From NCBI GenBank assembly GCA_026387235.1, contig JAPLMD010000054.1:11437-75436 (forward strand): DNA of 64,000 bases. The letters are read 5' to 3'. The notes beneath the pieces were generated by a model. That model was not told the DNA's origin. It searched no databases and saw only the letters and a program-made list of their open reading frames with translations. Positions 37,741-46,746 of this stretch are shown piece by piece. This DNA is from Candidatus Omnitrophota bacterium. GTDB taxonomy: Bacteria > Omnitrophota > Gorgyraeia > Gorgyraeales > Gorgyraeaceae. Within the stretch, counting starts at the first letter, position 1. Each line of letters opens with the position of its first letter. Position numbers and translations under genes: made by a program.

Positions 37741-39507
37741 ATGATACTAATCGCCAGCATTATATTAAACCTGATATTCTGCCTTTCTTCTTTTGCCGAA
37801 GAAGATCACATGCTGGAGAAAATAGTCGTAACCGGCAATTCGGGCAATGAAAAAACTCAGAATTACCCTGCGGAAACATTTTCTTACAAAGATATCCAGG
37901 GGGAAAAACTCAATTCAGCTTCCGATGTTTTCAAATATGCTTCAGGCGTAGATCTGCGCTATAGAGGCACATCAGGCGTCCAAGGAGATCTTTCCATAAG
38001 AGGCTCTACCTATGAACAGGTAGCTGTTCTCATAGACGGAATCAGGATAAACGATATGCAAACAGGCCACCATAATTTAGACATACCCTTCACTAGCATG
38101 GATATGGAAAAGATAGAGGTAATAAAACAGGGCTCATCCTCTCTCTATGGCGCAGGCGCACTCAGCGGCAGTATTAACATTATAACGAAAAAACCTTTAA
38201 AAAAATCTGTAAGCATAGAAATGTCAGGAGGAGCGCACGCCTTGTACGGCCAGGCCTTTTCCTGCGATATGCCTGGAAAAGACGCTTCCAGCAGTTTTTC
38301 ATTCGAGCACAAGACATCAAACGGCGCCAGGCCGAACACTGACTTTGATTACCAAACCTTTTCTTATATCTTTAACAGAGGCTGGTTGGACAATTCTTTA
38401 AATTTCTTAGCCGGTTACCAGGATAAAGATTTCGGAGCGGACAGCTTCTATTCTAATCTTTATAAAGAAGAGGAGGAGCATACAAAGACGCTGTTCGTAA
38501 AAACAGGCCTTGATTCCGATCTTTGCTCTTATAAATTGAAAAATTCTATTTTTCTGCGCAGACACAATGATAAATTCATATTAAATAGAAACAATCCGTC
38601 TTTCTCTCAAAACACTCATGCCACTTATTCATACGGGGTCAATTCCGGTATAAATTGGCCCGTAAAATACGGCAACATGGAAAGCGGTTTTGAAATATCC
38701 AGGAATACGATAAATTCCACAAAGTTAGGCAAAAATACAAGGATGAACGAGGCGTGTTTTTTGGGATTCAATCCTGAGCCCGGAAATAAATTTGAACCAT
38801 CAGCTAGGTTCAGATATGACCATTTCCAAAACTGGTCATACCAGAACTCTTTTGACGCAGGTCTTGGCTGGTGGCTCATAGATGAAAAATTAAAAATAAA
38901 ATCATCTTTCAGCCGCGCTTTCAGAGGGCCGAGTTTTACGGAACTATATTATTCTGACGCCGCCAATAAAGGAAATTCTGACTTGAAAGTGGAAAAATCA
39001 GATAATTACAGCGCTGGTTTTGAAACAAATTTCAATAATATTAAAATTGAATGCAGCGGATTCCTGCGCAGAGTTAAAAATCTTATAGATTATACAAGGC
39101 CTACGCAGAATGACATATGGCAGGCTGCTAATCTTGGGAAAGTGGATTTTAAAGGCCTGGAACTGAAAACCGGCCCGTTCTCTTATGTCTATATGGAAGC
39201 AGATAAAAATAATTCCGGCTTTCTGTCAAAATATGCCCTAGATATATTAAAACATCAATTGATGTTTAATCTAAACCATGACATTAAAGGCATAAAAATA
39301 GGCTGGCACCTGTCCTACAATGAAAGAAAATTCGGGGAGACATATTTTATAGGGGATTTGCGCATCTCAAAGGTATTTGAAAATAAGCGTAATTCAATAG
39401 AGCCTTTTTTAAAAATAGATAATTTTACAGATACGGAATACAGCGAAATTGCAGGAGTGACGCAGCCTGGAAGATGGATTCAGGGAGGCGTAAAAATAAA
39501 TTGGTAA
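37741..39507 (+). CDS. TonB-dependent receptor
   Basis: TonB box EKIVVTG; plug (SIRG, VLIDG, IEVIK, SSLYGAGALSGSINIITK); C-terminal PGR...W. Confidence 0.92.
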   Translation: MILIASIILNLIFCLSSFAEEDHMLEKIVVTGNSGNEKTQNYPAETFSYKDIQGEKLNSASDVFKYASGVDLRYRGTSGVQGDLSIRGSTYEQVAVLIDGIRINDMQTGHHNLDIPFTSMDMEKIEVIKQGSSSLYGAGALSGSINIITKKPLKKSVSIEMSGGAHALYGQAFSCDMPGKDASSSFSFEHKTSNGARPNTDFDYQTFSYIFNRGWLDNSLNFLAGYQDKDFGADSFYSNLYKEEEEHTKTLFVKTGLDSDLCSYKLKNSIFLRRHNDKFILNRNNPSFSQNTHATYSYGVNSGINWPVKYGNMESGFEISRNTINSTKLGKNTRMNEACFLGFNPEPGNKFEPSARFRYDHFQNWSYQNSFDAGLGWWLIDEKLKIKSSFSRAFRGPSFTELYYSDAANKGNSDLKVEKSDNYSAGFETNFNNIKIECSGFLRRVKNLIDYTRPTQNDIWQAANLGKVDFKGLELKTGPFSYVYMEADKNNSGFLSKYALDILKHQLMFNLNHDIKGIKIGWHLSYNERKFGETYFIGDLRISKVFENKRNSIEPFLKIDNFTDTEYSEIAGVTQPGRWIQGGVKINW

Positions 39508-39513
39508 AATGGA

Positions 39514-40872
39514 TCAATTCCTTAGGCTGGTAATAGGGGCTGGGAGCCTGCCGCCTCTTTTCATAAAATTCTTGGCAGAATATCTATTTACGCTCATCAC
39601 AGGGGCAATTCCCAACAGGCCTCCCAGTTTTACAAGGTCTCCTGGTTTTTTGCCGGGTATCGGTAAGATCCTCACAGCTGTGGTCTTATTATTTATAATA
39701 CCTATGCTGAGTTCGTCTGCTATTATCGCGTTTATAGTTTCTTCCGGAGTATTCCCTGGTATCGCTACCATGTCCAGGCCCACAGAGCAGACTGCTGTAA
39801 GGGCCTCTAATTTATCCAGGCTGAGGGATTTTCTTTTCACTGCCTCTACCATGCCCATGTCTTCGCTGACAGGCATGAATGTGCCGCTCAAGCCTCCCAC
39901 GTTTGCGCTAGCCATTGCCCCGCCTTTTTTAACAGCGTCCATTAATAAAGCTATCGCAAGCGTAGATCCGTGAGCGCCTATGCTTTCTATGCCAAATGCC
40001 TTTACTATATCTGCTACAGAATCTCCTTTGTTTGTAGTTGACGCGAGAGAAATATCTACTACGCCGAATGGTATCTTGAGATTCTTGGCAAGTTCCCTCC
40101 CTATCAACTCCCCTGCCCTGGTTATTTTAAAAACAGTCCTCTTTATGACCTCGGATAATTCTGTCAGGTCGCAATCTTTATTTTTTTCCACAACGCTTCT
40201 TACCACTCCCGGCCCGCTTATACCTATATTTAAAGTACTATCTCCTTCTCCTATCCCATGAAAAGCGCCTGCCATAAAAGGATTGTCTTCGGGGGCGTTT
40301 ACAAATACTACAAACCTTGCGCATCCTAAAGCGTTCCTGGTCTTTCCGGCTGTCTTTTTAAGCATTGCTCCCAAAAGATTCACTGCGTCTAAATTCATGC
40401 CGCTTACATTTGAGCCTACGTTCAAAAAAGAGCACACGTGCTTTGTATTTGAAAGAACATCCGGCAGAACTTCTATCAATAAATTATCCGAACGCGTAAG
40501 GCCTTTCTGGCATAGCGTCCCAAACCCTCCTATAAAATCAACACCCGCGTCCTCAGCCGCTTTATCAAGAATCATTGCCATCTCCAAGAATTTCTTCTTA
40601 CTCAGATGGGCTTCCATTATAATGCTTACAGGAGTCACAGACATCCTTTTATTCACTATAGGTATCCCGTATTTAAGCTCTAATTTTCCAGCCTCTTTTA
40701 TCAAAATCGAACCGTTTTTACAAACCTTATCGTATACCTTTTTCTTAAATGCCCTGAAATCTGAATCCACGCAGTCTTTCAAATTAATACCAAGGGTAGT
40801 AGTCCTTATGTCCAGATTCTGGTAAAGAATCATCTTGGCTGTTTCAAAAACTTCATCTACGGTTATGGCCAT
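39514..40872 (-). CDS. PFL-like DUF711/UPF0210 family protein
   Basis: NLDIRT-TLGI, PIVNKR, EDNPFMAGAFHG, VGGLSG-FMPVSED, CSVGLDM. Confidence 0.92.
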   Translation of the reverse strand: MAITVDEVFETAKMILYQNLDIRTTTLGINLKDCVDSDFRAFKKKVYDKVCKNGSILIKEAGKLELKYGIPIVNKRMSVTPVSIIMEAHLSKKKFLEMAMILDKAAEDAGVDFIGGFGTLCQKGLTRSDNLLIEVLPDVLSNTKHVCSFLNVGSNVSGMNLDAVNLLGAMLKKTAGKTRNALGCARFVVFVNAPEDNPFMAGAFHGIGEGDSTLNIGISGPGVVRSVVEKNKDCDLTELSEVIKRTVFKITRAGELIGRELAKNLKIPFGVVDISLASTTNKGDSVADIVKAFGIESIGAHGSTLAIALLMDAVKKGGAMASANVGGLSGTFMPVSEDMGMVEAVKRKSLSLDKLEALTAVCSVGLDMVAIPGNTPEETINAIIADELSIGIINNKTTAVRILPIPGKKPGDLVKLGGLLGIAPVMSVNRYSAKNFMKRGGRLPAPITSLRN

Positions 40873-40873
40873 T

Positions 40874-41152
40874 TTATACCCTGTGCATCATTTTAAAGAT
40901 GTTCTCGTGCTGCAGCTGGATCCTAAGACCCATCTCTTTTCCTATTCTTTCAAGACTTAAGTTCAATTTATTTATTGGATATTTATATCCGCTTATATCC
41001 ACAAGCATTGTCATGACAAATAATCCTTCCATAATCTTCTGGTTTATATCCTCTATATTTACATTATTTTTGTACAAAAGATTTGATATCTTTGCGACAA
41101 TGCCTTTTTTGTCTTTTCCGATAACAGTTATAAAAGATAATTCTTTTTTCAT
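40874..41152 (-). CDS. ACT-domain protein (UPF0237)
   Basis: ITVIGKDKKGIVA, C-terminal QHENIFKMMHRV; usual partner of DUF711. Confidence 0.9.
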   Translation of the reverse strand: MKKELSFITVIGKDKKGIVAKISNLLYKNNVNIEDINQKIMEGLFVMTMLVDISGYKYPINKLNLSLERIGKEMGLRIQLQHENIFKMMHRV

Positions 41153-41187
41153 AATAACCGTCCTTATGTTTTAAATATAATTTGATA

Positions 41188-41595
41188 TCACTGCTCTACC
41201 TTCGCAGCTATATTGAGATTTCTGATACCTATCTCATTAAGGTCATCCAGGATGGAGACAATATTCTTAAACTTGACCATTTTGTCTGAAAAAAGGATAA
41301 CCTCCAGGTTAGGATTATCTCTATGCATCATCCTGATCTGAGCCCTTAATTCTTTCCTCGTTACAAGTTTATTGTCAATATACACGGAATTATCATTACT
41401 AACGGTAATATTTATCTGCCTGGTATTTGTTAAAGGCTTTCCGCTCGCAGCTTCAGGCAGGCTGACTTTGATGTTGGACTGAAGGATCAAGGGCGTGGTT
41501 ATCATGAAGATTATCAATAAGACAAGTATAACGTCCGTAAAAGGCGTTATATTTATCTCTGCCATTACTTTTTGTTTCGCAGACCGTCTATTCAT
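41188..41595 (-). CDS. exbD: ExbD/TolR
   Basis: EINITPFTDVILVLLIIFM. Confidence 0.9.
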   Translation of the reverse strand: MNRRSAKQKVMAEINITPFTDVILVLLIIFMITTPLILQSNIKVSLPEAASGKPLTNTRQINITVSNDNSVYIDNKLVTRKELRAQIRMMHRDNPNLEVILFSDKMVKFKNIVSILDDLNEIGIRNLNIAAKVEQ

Positions 41596-42221
41596 TTCTG
41601 TTTACCGGAAATCAGATCCAGCGTTTCAGAAGCGCATAATTCCATGTCTGTCACAAAATTATCTATTCTTTTTATAAAATAATTATACGCGATAACCGCC
41701 GGTACAGCAACGCATAATCCGGCCGCGGTGCATATTAATGCTTCTGATATACCGTTTATAACAACGCTTATGCCGCCTGATCCGGTCTTAGAGATATCGT
41801 GGAATGCCCTTATTATCCCAAGCACCGTGCCGAAAAGCCCTATGTAAACTGCAACGCTCCCTATTGTGCCGACTATGGTTGTAAAACGGCTTAGCATGTT
41901 TGTCTCTATGACAATGCTTCTCTCCATGTTATTGGATATTTCTTTTTCTCCACGGTTATAAGCGTTTAGACCGGAACACACGACATTGGCAAAAGGAGTA
42001 GCCGCATCCTTACACATGCCGATGCACATAGTCATGGCATGCCTCAGATTATCGCGATCCAGCTGATTTTTTATATCCATCATAAAATCTTCTCTCTTAA
42101 CCCTGGCCCGCCTGTGGTAATATAAAATCTTCTCTACTATAATAGCTATGGACAATATAGAGCAAAGGATAAGCACGTACATTGTAATCCCGCCGTTAGA
42201 AATTAATTGAAACATCCCCAT
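41592..42221 (-). CDS. exbB: ExbB/TolQ/MotA proton channel
   Basis: GLFGTVLGII, GISEALICTAAGL-VAVPA. Confidence 0.9.
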   Translation of the reverse strand: MGMFQLISNGGITMYVLILCSILSIAIIVEKILYYHRRARVKREDFMMDIKNQLDRDNLRHAMTMCIGMCKDAATPFANVVCSGLNAYNRGEKEISNNMERSIVIETNMLSRFTTIVGTIGSVAVYIGLFGTVLGIIRAFHDISKTGSGGISVVINGISEALICTAAGLCVAVPAVIAYNYFIKRIDNFVTDMELCASETLDLISGKQK

Positions 42222-42258
42222 CTAAACACCTCCATATTTTCATTTCTCAATAAAACTA

Positions 42259-42732
42259 TTATACCACCTTTTCCTTTAAAGCTGCCAGATATACAATATG
42301 CTGCTTTTCTTCTTCAATAAGTTTTTTTATTACGTCTTTTCTCGCATCAACCGTATAACCCATAATCTCGTTAAAAAATATAATCGCATCTTTTTCAAAT
42401 CCTATTCCGTATGAAATGGCGTCCAGAGGAGTCTTTACGTTAGCGCTGAACTTTGCGGGAGAAACGTCATTATAAAGTTTATCATCCAGAAGCGCTTGCA
42501 TATAATAATTCAACTCACCTTCATAACTCTCTGTTTCCCTGAGTTCCTTTACAGACGCCCTTATCTCTGTAAATTTCTTTATATGCTCCTCTTCCCAGTC
42601 CCTTAGCTTTGTAAAAAGCTCTTTCATGTTTTTGCCGCTGAATTTTTCAGCCACCAGGCCATAAAAATCCCTTCTCTTTTTTTCTTTTTCGATTCCCAGA
42701 TCCACTATTTCAGACATATTGAAAATATTCAT
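42259..42732 (-). CDS. Rubrerythrin/ferritin-like protein
   Basis: Di-iron ExxH motifs (EEEH, EKQH). Start at 42732 or 42747. Confidence 0.85.
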   Translation of the reverse strand: MNIFNMSEIVDLGIEKEKKRRDFYGLVAEKFSGKNMKELFTKLRDWEEEHIKKFTEIRASVKELRETESYEGELNYYMQALLDDKLYNDVSPAKFSANVKTPLDAISYGIGFEKDAIIFFNEIMGYTVDARKDVIKKLIEEEKQHIVYLAALKEKVV

Positions 42733-42743
42733 GCGAATTCCTT

Positions 42744-43133
42744 TCAAGACAACGCCTGTTTAATTTTTTCAGGGATAGGCTGCGGTTTGAGCGCTTCATT
42801 TACGCAAGCCCATATCGTTTTTGCTTTTACCAGCGTTATATCATCTTTTTTTATTTCCTGTATAAAATAAATTGAGGAAAAGCCGATTTTTTCGATACGG
42901 GTAAAAACTGCAACAACATCTCCGTACATGGCAGGAGATTTGTAGTCTATTTCCAGGCGGACAACCGGGAATATTGCGCCTTCTTTCGCTGATTCCGCCA
43001 TATTAACCCCTCTTGAAAGGCAAAATTCAAATCTCCCCTCTTCAAGGTGTTTGAGATAATTAGCATAATACACTACGCCGCCTGCATCAGTATCATGATA
43101 ATAGATTTTCTTTTTTATGCAATGGTCTTCCAT
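42744..43133 (-). CDS. YbgC/FadM-family acyl-CoA thioesterase
   Basis: DTDAGGVVYYANYL hot-dog motif. Confidence 0.9.
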   Translation of the reverse strand: MEDHCIKKKIYYHDTDAGGVVYYANYLKHLEEGRFEFCLSRGVNMAESAKEGAIFPVVRLEIDYKSPAMYGDVVAVFTRIEKIGFSSIYFIQEIKKDDITLVKAKTIWACVNEALKPQPIPEKIKQALS

Positions 43134-43141
43134 AATCTGAC

Positions 43142-43483
43142 TTAAGAATTATCTATCAATACAAAATATACTATTACTAATGAAATCAAAATAAGAGAAG
43201 CTACTTTTAATATGAATGGGTCAATACTATATGCCGCGTATCCCTGGATCGTAAACGTTTTTGCAGCTAACTGCGTAGCGCCCAATAAAATAGAGGCTAT
43301 GCTCGCGCAAAAGAAAAATGCCTTGCCAGGGCTCCAGCCCTTTCCTATCTCCAGCAAAAGGTATAAAACCATAAAGAATGCCCACAACAACGGATTATTA
43401 TAATAAAAATGAAAGTCCTGAATATTTTTAATATAAGGCAGAAAAGCTGTTTTTAATGCCTCTGACATTGTGATTATGCTCAT
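43142..43483 (-). CDS. Hypothetical membrane protein
   Basis: Three hydrophobic segments; GAGG RBS. Confidence 0.65.
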   Translation of the reverse strand: MSIITMSEALKTAFLPYIKNIQDFHFYYNNPLLWAFFMVLYLLLEIGKGWSPGKAFFFCASIASILLGATQLAAKTFTIQGYAAYSIDPFILKVASLILISLVIVYFVLIDNS

Positions 43484-43568
43484 ATAAGCCTCTAATAAAT
43501 TTTACAGCACATGGACTTTTAATGCAATTAGAAAAAGGATCTAAGGAAAAAACTCCCCGAGGGGTCAA

Positions 43569-45137
43569 TTAACTGAGACGCCTGGCCCTTGCCTGTTTTA
43601 ATTTTTCGGGGAATTTATCTCTTTTAAACCTGGATATCCAGTTTCTGAAAATAATCCATCCGCCAAAACGTACCAGGTAGTTACGCCACGGCCTATACCA
43701 GATTCTCCAGCCGGCCTTGATATCGTGCAAAAAGAAAATGAGCGACGGAAAGAAAAATATATTCAGGCCTATCATAAACATGTATTTGAACTGATAAAAC
43801 TTGCCCATGATTTTCCTGATTGAAAGCTGCGCGTCTTCCGCGCTCATTGGTTTGTCAGGCTCAAAAAGCGGGAAATTGCCGTCATAATATTCCCATCCCA
43901 CGTCCTGGAGAGAATAGATTCTATTCTGGGCCTCGAGTCTTTGCCGCAGTTCTGTGCCAGGCAAAGGCACAGGCAAAAGAACCTGTATAGTATCCAATCC
44001 TGCCTTTTTGATAAATTTTTTAAGCCGCTTTACCCGCTCCTCGCTAGACATGCTGAAATTCACGCTCTCTTTTAATGGATAACCAAAAATAAACATGCCG
44101 TGAATCAAAAAACCAAATTTACGGAATACCTTTACAAAGGACAGCATGTCCTCAGGTTTCAGGCGTTTATTCATAGCTTTTAATTCTTCCTCAATAGGCG
44201 ATTCAAACCCTATTGCCACTGTGCTAATACCTGCCTGGCGCATTGCTGATAAAAGTTCAGTATCCCCGGCTTTATCCAGCCGTATCTGGACAGTAAGATC
44301 CAGCCGTCTCTCCGTATCTTTCTGATAATCCCTAAGCATGTTGCAGAACCGTATTGTCTCATCCCTTTCCTGCCCAAAAAGGTCATCCACTATAAAAAAA
44401 TGCCTGGCGTCTTTAGTCTCAAGAAGAAAACTTATCCTTTCCAGAAGGCGTTCAGGAGAAGAACACCTTGGCTTCCCTTTCACTGTGCAGAATTCGCAGT
44501 CCATCCCGCACGAGCGTATCCTTTCAACCGGATAGAGGTTGATTTTCGCGTAACGCACCAGGGAAAAATCCGGCAACGGCAGGTTGTCAAAATCTTTTAA
44601 AGGCTCGCGGCCGGGAGTAAAAACTATTTTATCGCCGCTTAGATAGGCAATGCCTTTCACTTCGCTGATATCCAGTTTTCCTTCAAGCGCCCAGAGAAGT
44701 TCTTTTATGGCATCTTCTCCTTCTCCGATAACCACGTAGTCTATGCCTGAAGACAGGGCTTCTTTAATATTCTCTTTGCAAAAATGCTGCCCGCCGGCTA
44801 CAGTCACAACGCCTTTATCTTTGTAAAAACGCGCTATTTCATAAAGCCGAGGAATCGTACTTGTAAGACCGCCATAAAAACCGGCTATATCGCAAGGCCT
44901 TTGGTTTTGTAAAAATTCGTGATCAGCCCCGCCTGAAATTAAACGAGGGCCATACCTGCGGAGGTTATTCTCGTCTATAACCTCTACGTCCCATTTCTCC
45001 ATTTCGTTTACGCTGGTGGCCACGCACACCGGGCCCAAGGCAGTAGTCTTGGCAGCGACATATGAATATATATTGAACGTCGGGTAGGCAGGCGCTATGA
45101 TTCTAAGTCTATATCGTTTTCTAGAAATATCCAACAC
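43569..45137 (-). CDS. B12-binding-domain radical SAM protein
   Basis: AGGQH, VVIGEGE, CGMDCEFC, VDD, IGFES, PLPGT. Confidence 0.9.
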   Translation of the reverse strand: MLDISRKRYRLRIIAPAYPTFNIYSYVAAKTTALGPVCVATSVNEMEKWDVEVIDENNLRRYGPRLISGGADHEFLQNQRPCDIAGFYGGLTSTIPRLYEIARFYKDKGVVTVAGGQHFCKENIKEALSSGIDYVVIGEGEDAIKELLWALEGKLDISEVKGIAYLSGDKIVFTPGREPLKDFDNLPLPDFSLVRYAKINLYPVERIRSCGMDCEFCTVKGKPRCSSPERLLERISFLLETKDARHFFIVDDLFGQERDETIRFCNMLRDYQKDTERRLDLTVQIRLDKAGDTELLSAMRQAGISTVAIGFESPIEEELKAMNKRLKPEDMLSFVKVFRKFGFLIHGMFIFGYPLKESVNFSMSSEERVKRLKKFIKKAGLDTIQVLLPVPLPGTELRQRLEAQNRIYSLQDVGWEYYDGNFPLFEPDKPMSAEDAQLSIRKIMGKFYQFKYMFMIGLNIFFFPSLIFFLHDIKAGWRIWYRPWRNYLVRFGGWIIFRNWISRFKRDKFPEKLKQARARRLS

Positions 45138-45156
45138 AGGCTATCACCCCTCCTTC

Positions 45157-46395
45157 TTAACGGTAAAATTTAGACCTGTGCTGCATATGACGCTTTTGCT
45201 TGTAGTTATTTTTTGGATGTCTATATGAAGGTTGATACGAAGATTGATGGGAAGATTGAATAAATTGTTCCTGGAAAATATCCGGATTCTTTGAGATAGG
45301 CAGCGGCGCCCTCATGAGTTTTTCTATATCGCGGACATTGCCCTTTTGATCAGGCGTGGCAAAAGAAATCGCATGGCCTTTATGGCCTGCGCGGCCTGTG
45401 CGGCCGATGCGATGCACATAGTTTTCAGTGTCGTCAGGAAGGTCATAATTGAGAACCAACTCGATACCGGTCACGTCAATCCCGCGGGCAGCAATATCAG
45501 TAGCTACAAGTATCTTGTATTTACCGGATTTAAAGCCGCTGAGCGCTTCGCGGCGCTGGCCCAGAGAACGGTCAGAATGTATCTCTGCGGCGTTATGCCC
45601 CATGTCCCTGATCGAGCGCGTGATCTTTCTTGCGTTATGCTTGGTGCGGGAAAATAAAAGAACGGGCCCATGGTACTGCGCAAGGATTTTACCGAGAAGC
45701 TGCAATTTAAAATCTTTCTTAACAACAAATAATTCATGGGTAACTCTCTCAGCAGCAGTGCCGGAAGGCGCAATCTCTACATTGACAGGAAGTTTCATGT
45801 GCTTAGCAGCCATCTGCATGATTTCTTTCGGGATGGTTGCCGAAAAAAGCATGGTCTGTCTTTCTTTAGGCAAAAAACGCAGAATTTTCTCTACCTGCGG
45901 AGTAAACCCCATATCAAGCATGCGATCCGCTTCATCAAGCACCAGCATCACTGCATCATCGAGCAATATATTCCACTGGGTCATATGGTCGATAAGCCTG
46001 CCCGGGGTAGCGATTATCACGCGGGGTTTATTGCGCAGCGCCCGAACCTGGTCCTGCATTGAAGCTCCGCCGATAAGACAGGCTGTTCGTATTCCAAATG
46101 GCCGCGCAATGCCTTGAAAAGCCTCATCAATCTGAATAGCTAATTCGCGGGTAGGCGCAAGAACCAAGCCTATGCCTTTTTTCTGCGCAAGGATTTGCAC
46201 CATAGGGATAGCAAAAGAATGGGTTTTGCCGGTCCCTGTCTGGGCGATGCCGATAATATCTTTGCCTTCAATTGCCAAAGGGATTGCCTTCAGCTGAATA
46301 GGCGTGGGCACCTTAAACTTTATACGCTCAAGTATATCAAGTATCTTCGGCGCTATACCGAGTCCATAAAAACTCTGAGTTGGTTTATCTATCAT
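45157..46395 (-). CDS. DEAD-box RNA helicase (RhlE-like)
   Basis: Q motif, AQTGTGKT, PTRELA, DEAD, SAT, HRIGRTGR. Confidence 0.96.
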   Translation of the reverse strand: MIDKPTQSFYGLGIAPKILDILERIKFKVPTPIQLKAIPLAIEGKDIIGIAQTGTGKTHSFAIPMVQILAQKKGIGLVLAPTRELAIQIDEAFQGIARPFGIRTACLIGGASMQDQVRALRNKPRVIIATPGRLIDHMTQWNILLDDAVMLVLDEADRMLDMGFTPQVEKILRFLPKERQTMLFSATIPKEIMQMAAKHMKLPVNVEIAPSGTAAERVTHELFVVKKDFKLQLLGKILAQYHGPVLLFSRTKHNARKITRSIRDMGHNAAEIHSDRSLGQRREALSGFKSGKYKILVATDIAARGIDVTGIELVLNYDLPDDTENYVHRIGRTGRAGHKGHAISFATPDQKGNVRDIEKLMRAPLPISKNPDIFQEQFIQSSHQSSYQPSYRHPKNNYKQKRHMQHRSKFYR

Positions 46396-46397
46396 GG

Positions 46398-46544
46398 CTA
46401 TTTAGACCCCTTGAAAGCATGTTCCTGTAACATTTGGCCTCTATGTACATGGCAATGATCTTCATGATTATAGATGCTCAAGACATGCTTACAATGCGGA
46501 TATTTGCATTTTCTGCCTTTACTGGAAGTCTTTACTTTTTTAAT
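46398..46544 (-). CDS. Unannotated 48-aa Cys/His microprotein with an ATT start
   Basis: GAGGAGG RBS, then ATT-ATT-AAA; (I)KKVKTSSKGRKCKYPHCKHVLSIYNHEDHCHVHRGQMLQEHAFKGSK*. Stop lies 2 bp before the helicase ATG. Confidence 0.65.
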   Translation of the reverse strand: MKKVKTSSKGRKCKYPHCKHVLSIYNHEDHCHVHRGQMLQEHAFKGSK

Positions 46545-46555
46545 AATTCCTCCTC

Positions 46556-46597
46556 AATAAAAAAACCGCAAAGGCTAGTTGTCTCCCCTTACGGCTC
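46556..46597 (-). terminator. Terminator-like hairpin with U-tract in the helicase operon leader
   Basis: CCGTAAGGG...CCTTTGCGG followed by a T7 tract, directly before the RBS. Confidence 0.6.
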
Positions 46598-46629
46598 AAG
46601 ATTTTCTAATCTTTTTATGCTATTTGTTT

Positions 46630-46715
46630 TATACATTCGCCCGCCACAGAAACACTAGCGGGCTCAGTATTTCGCTCCAAGAAACTGCGAACTTTAACCC
46701 ATGGAACTTTATTTT
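46630..46715. repeat. Degenerate family B repeat
   Basis: TATACATTCGCCCGC...GCGGGCTCAGTATTTCGCTCCAAGAAAC. Confidence 0.75.
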
Positions 46716-46738
46716 ACCACGTTATTAAGATTTGTCAA
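46711..46738 (-). promoter_or_regulatory. sigma70 promoter upstream of the helicase operon
   Basis: TTGACA-16 bp-TAAAAT with extended TG. Confidence 0.65.
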
Positions 46739-46746
46739 ACATAATA

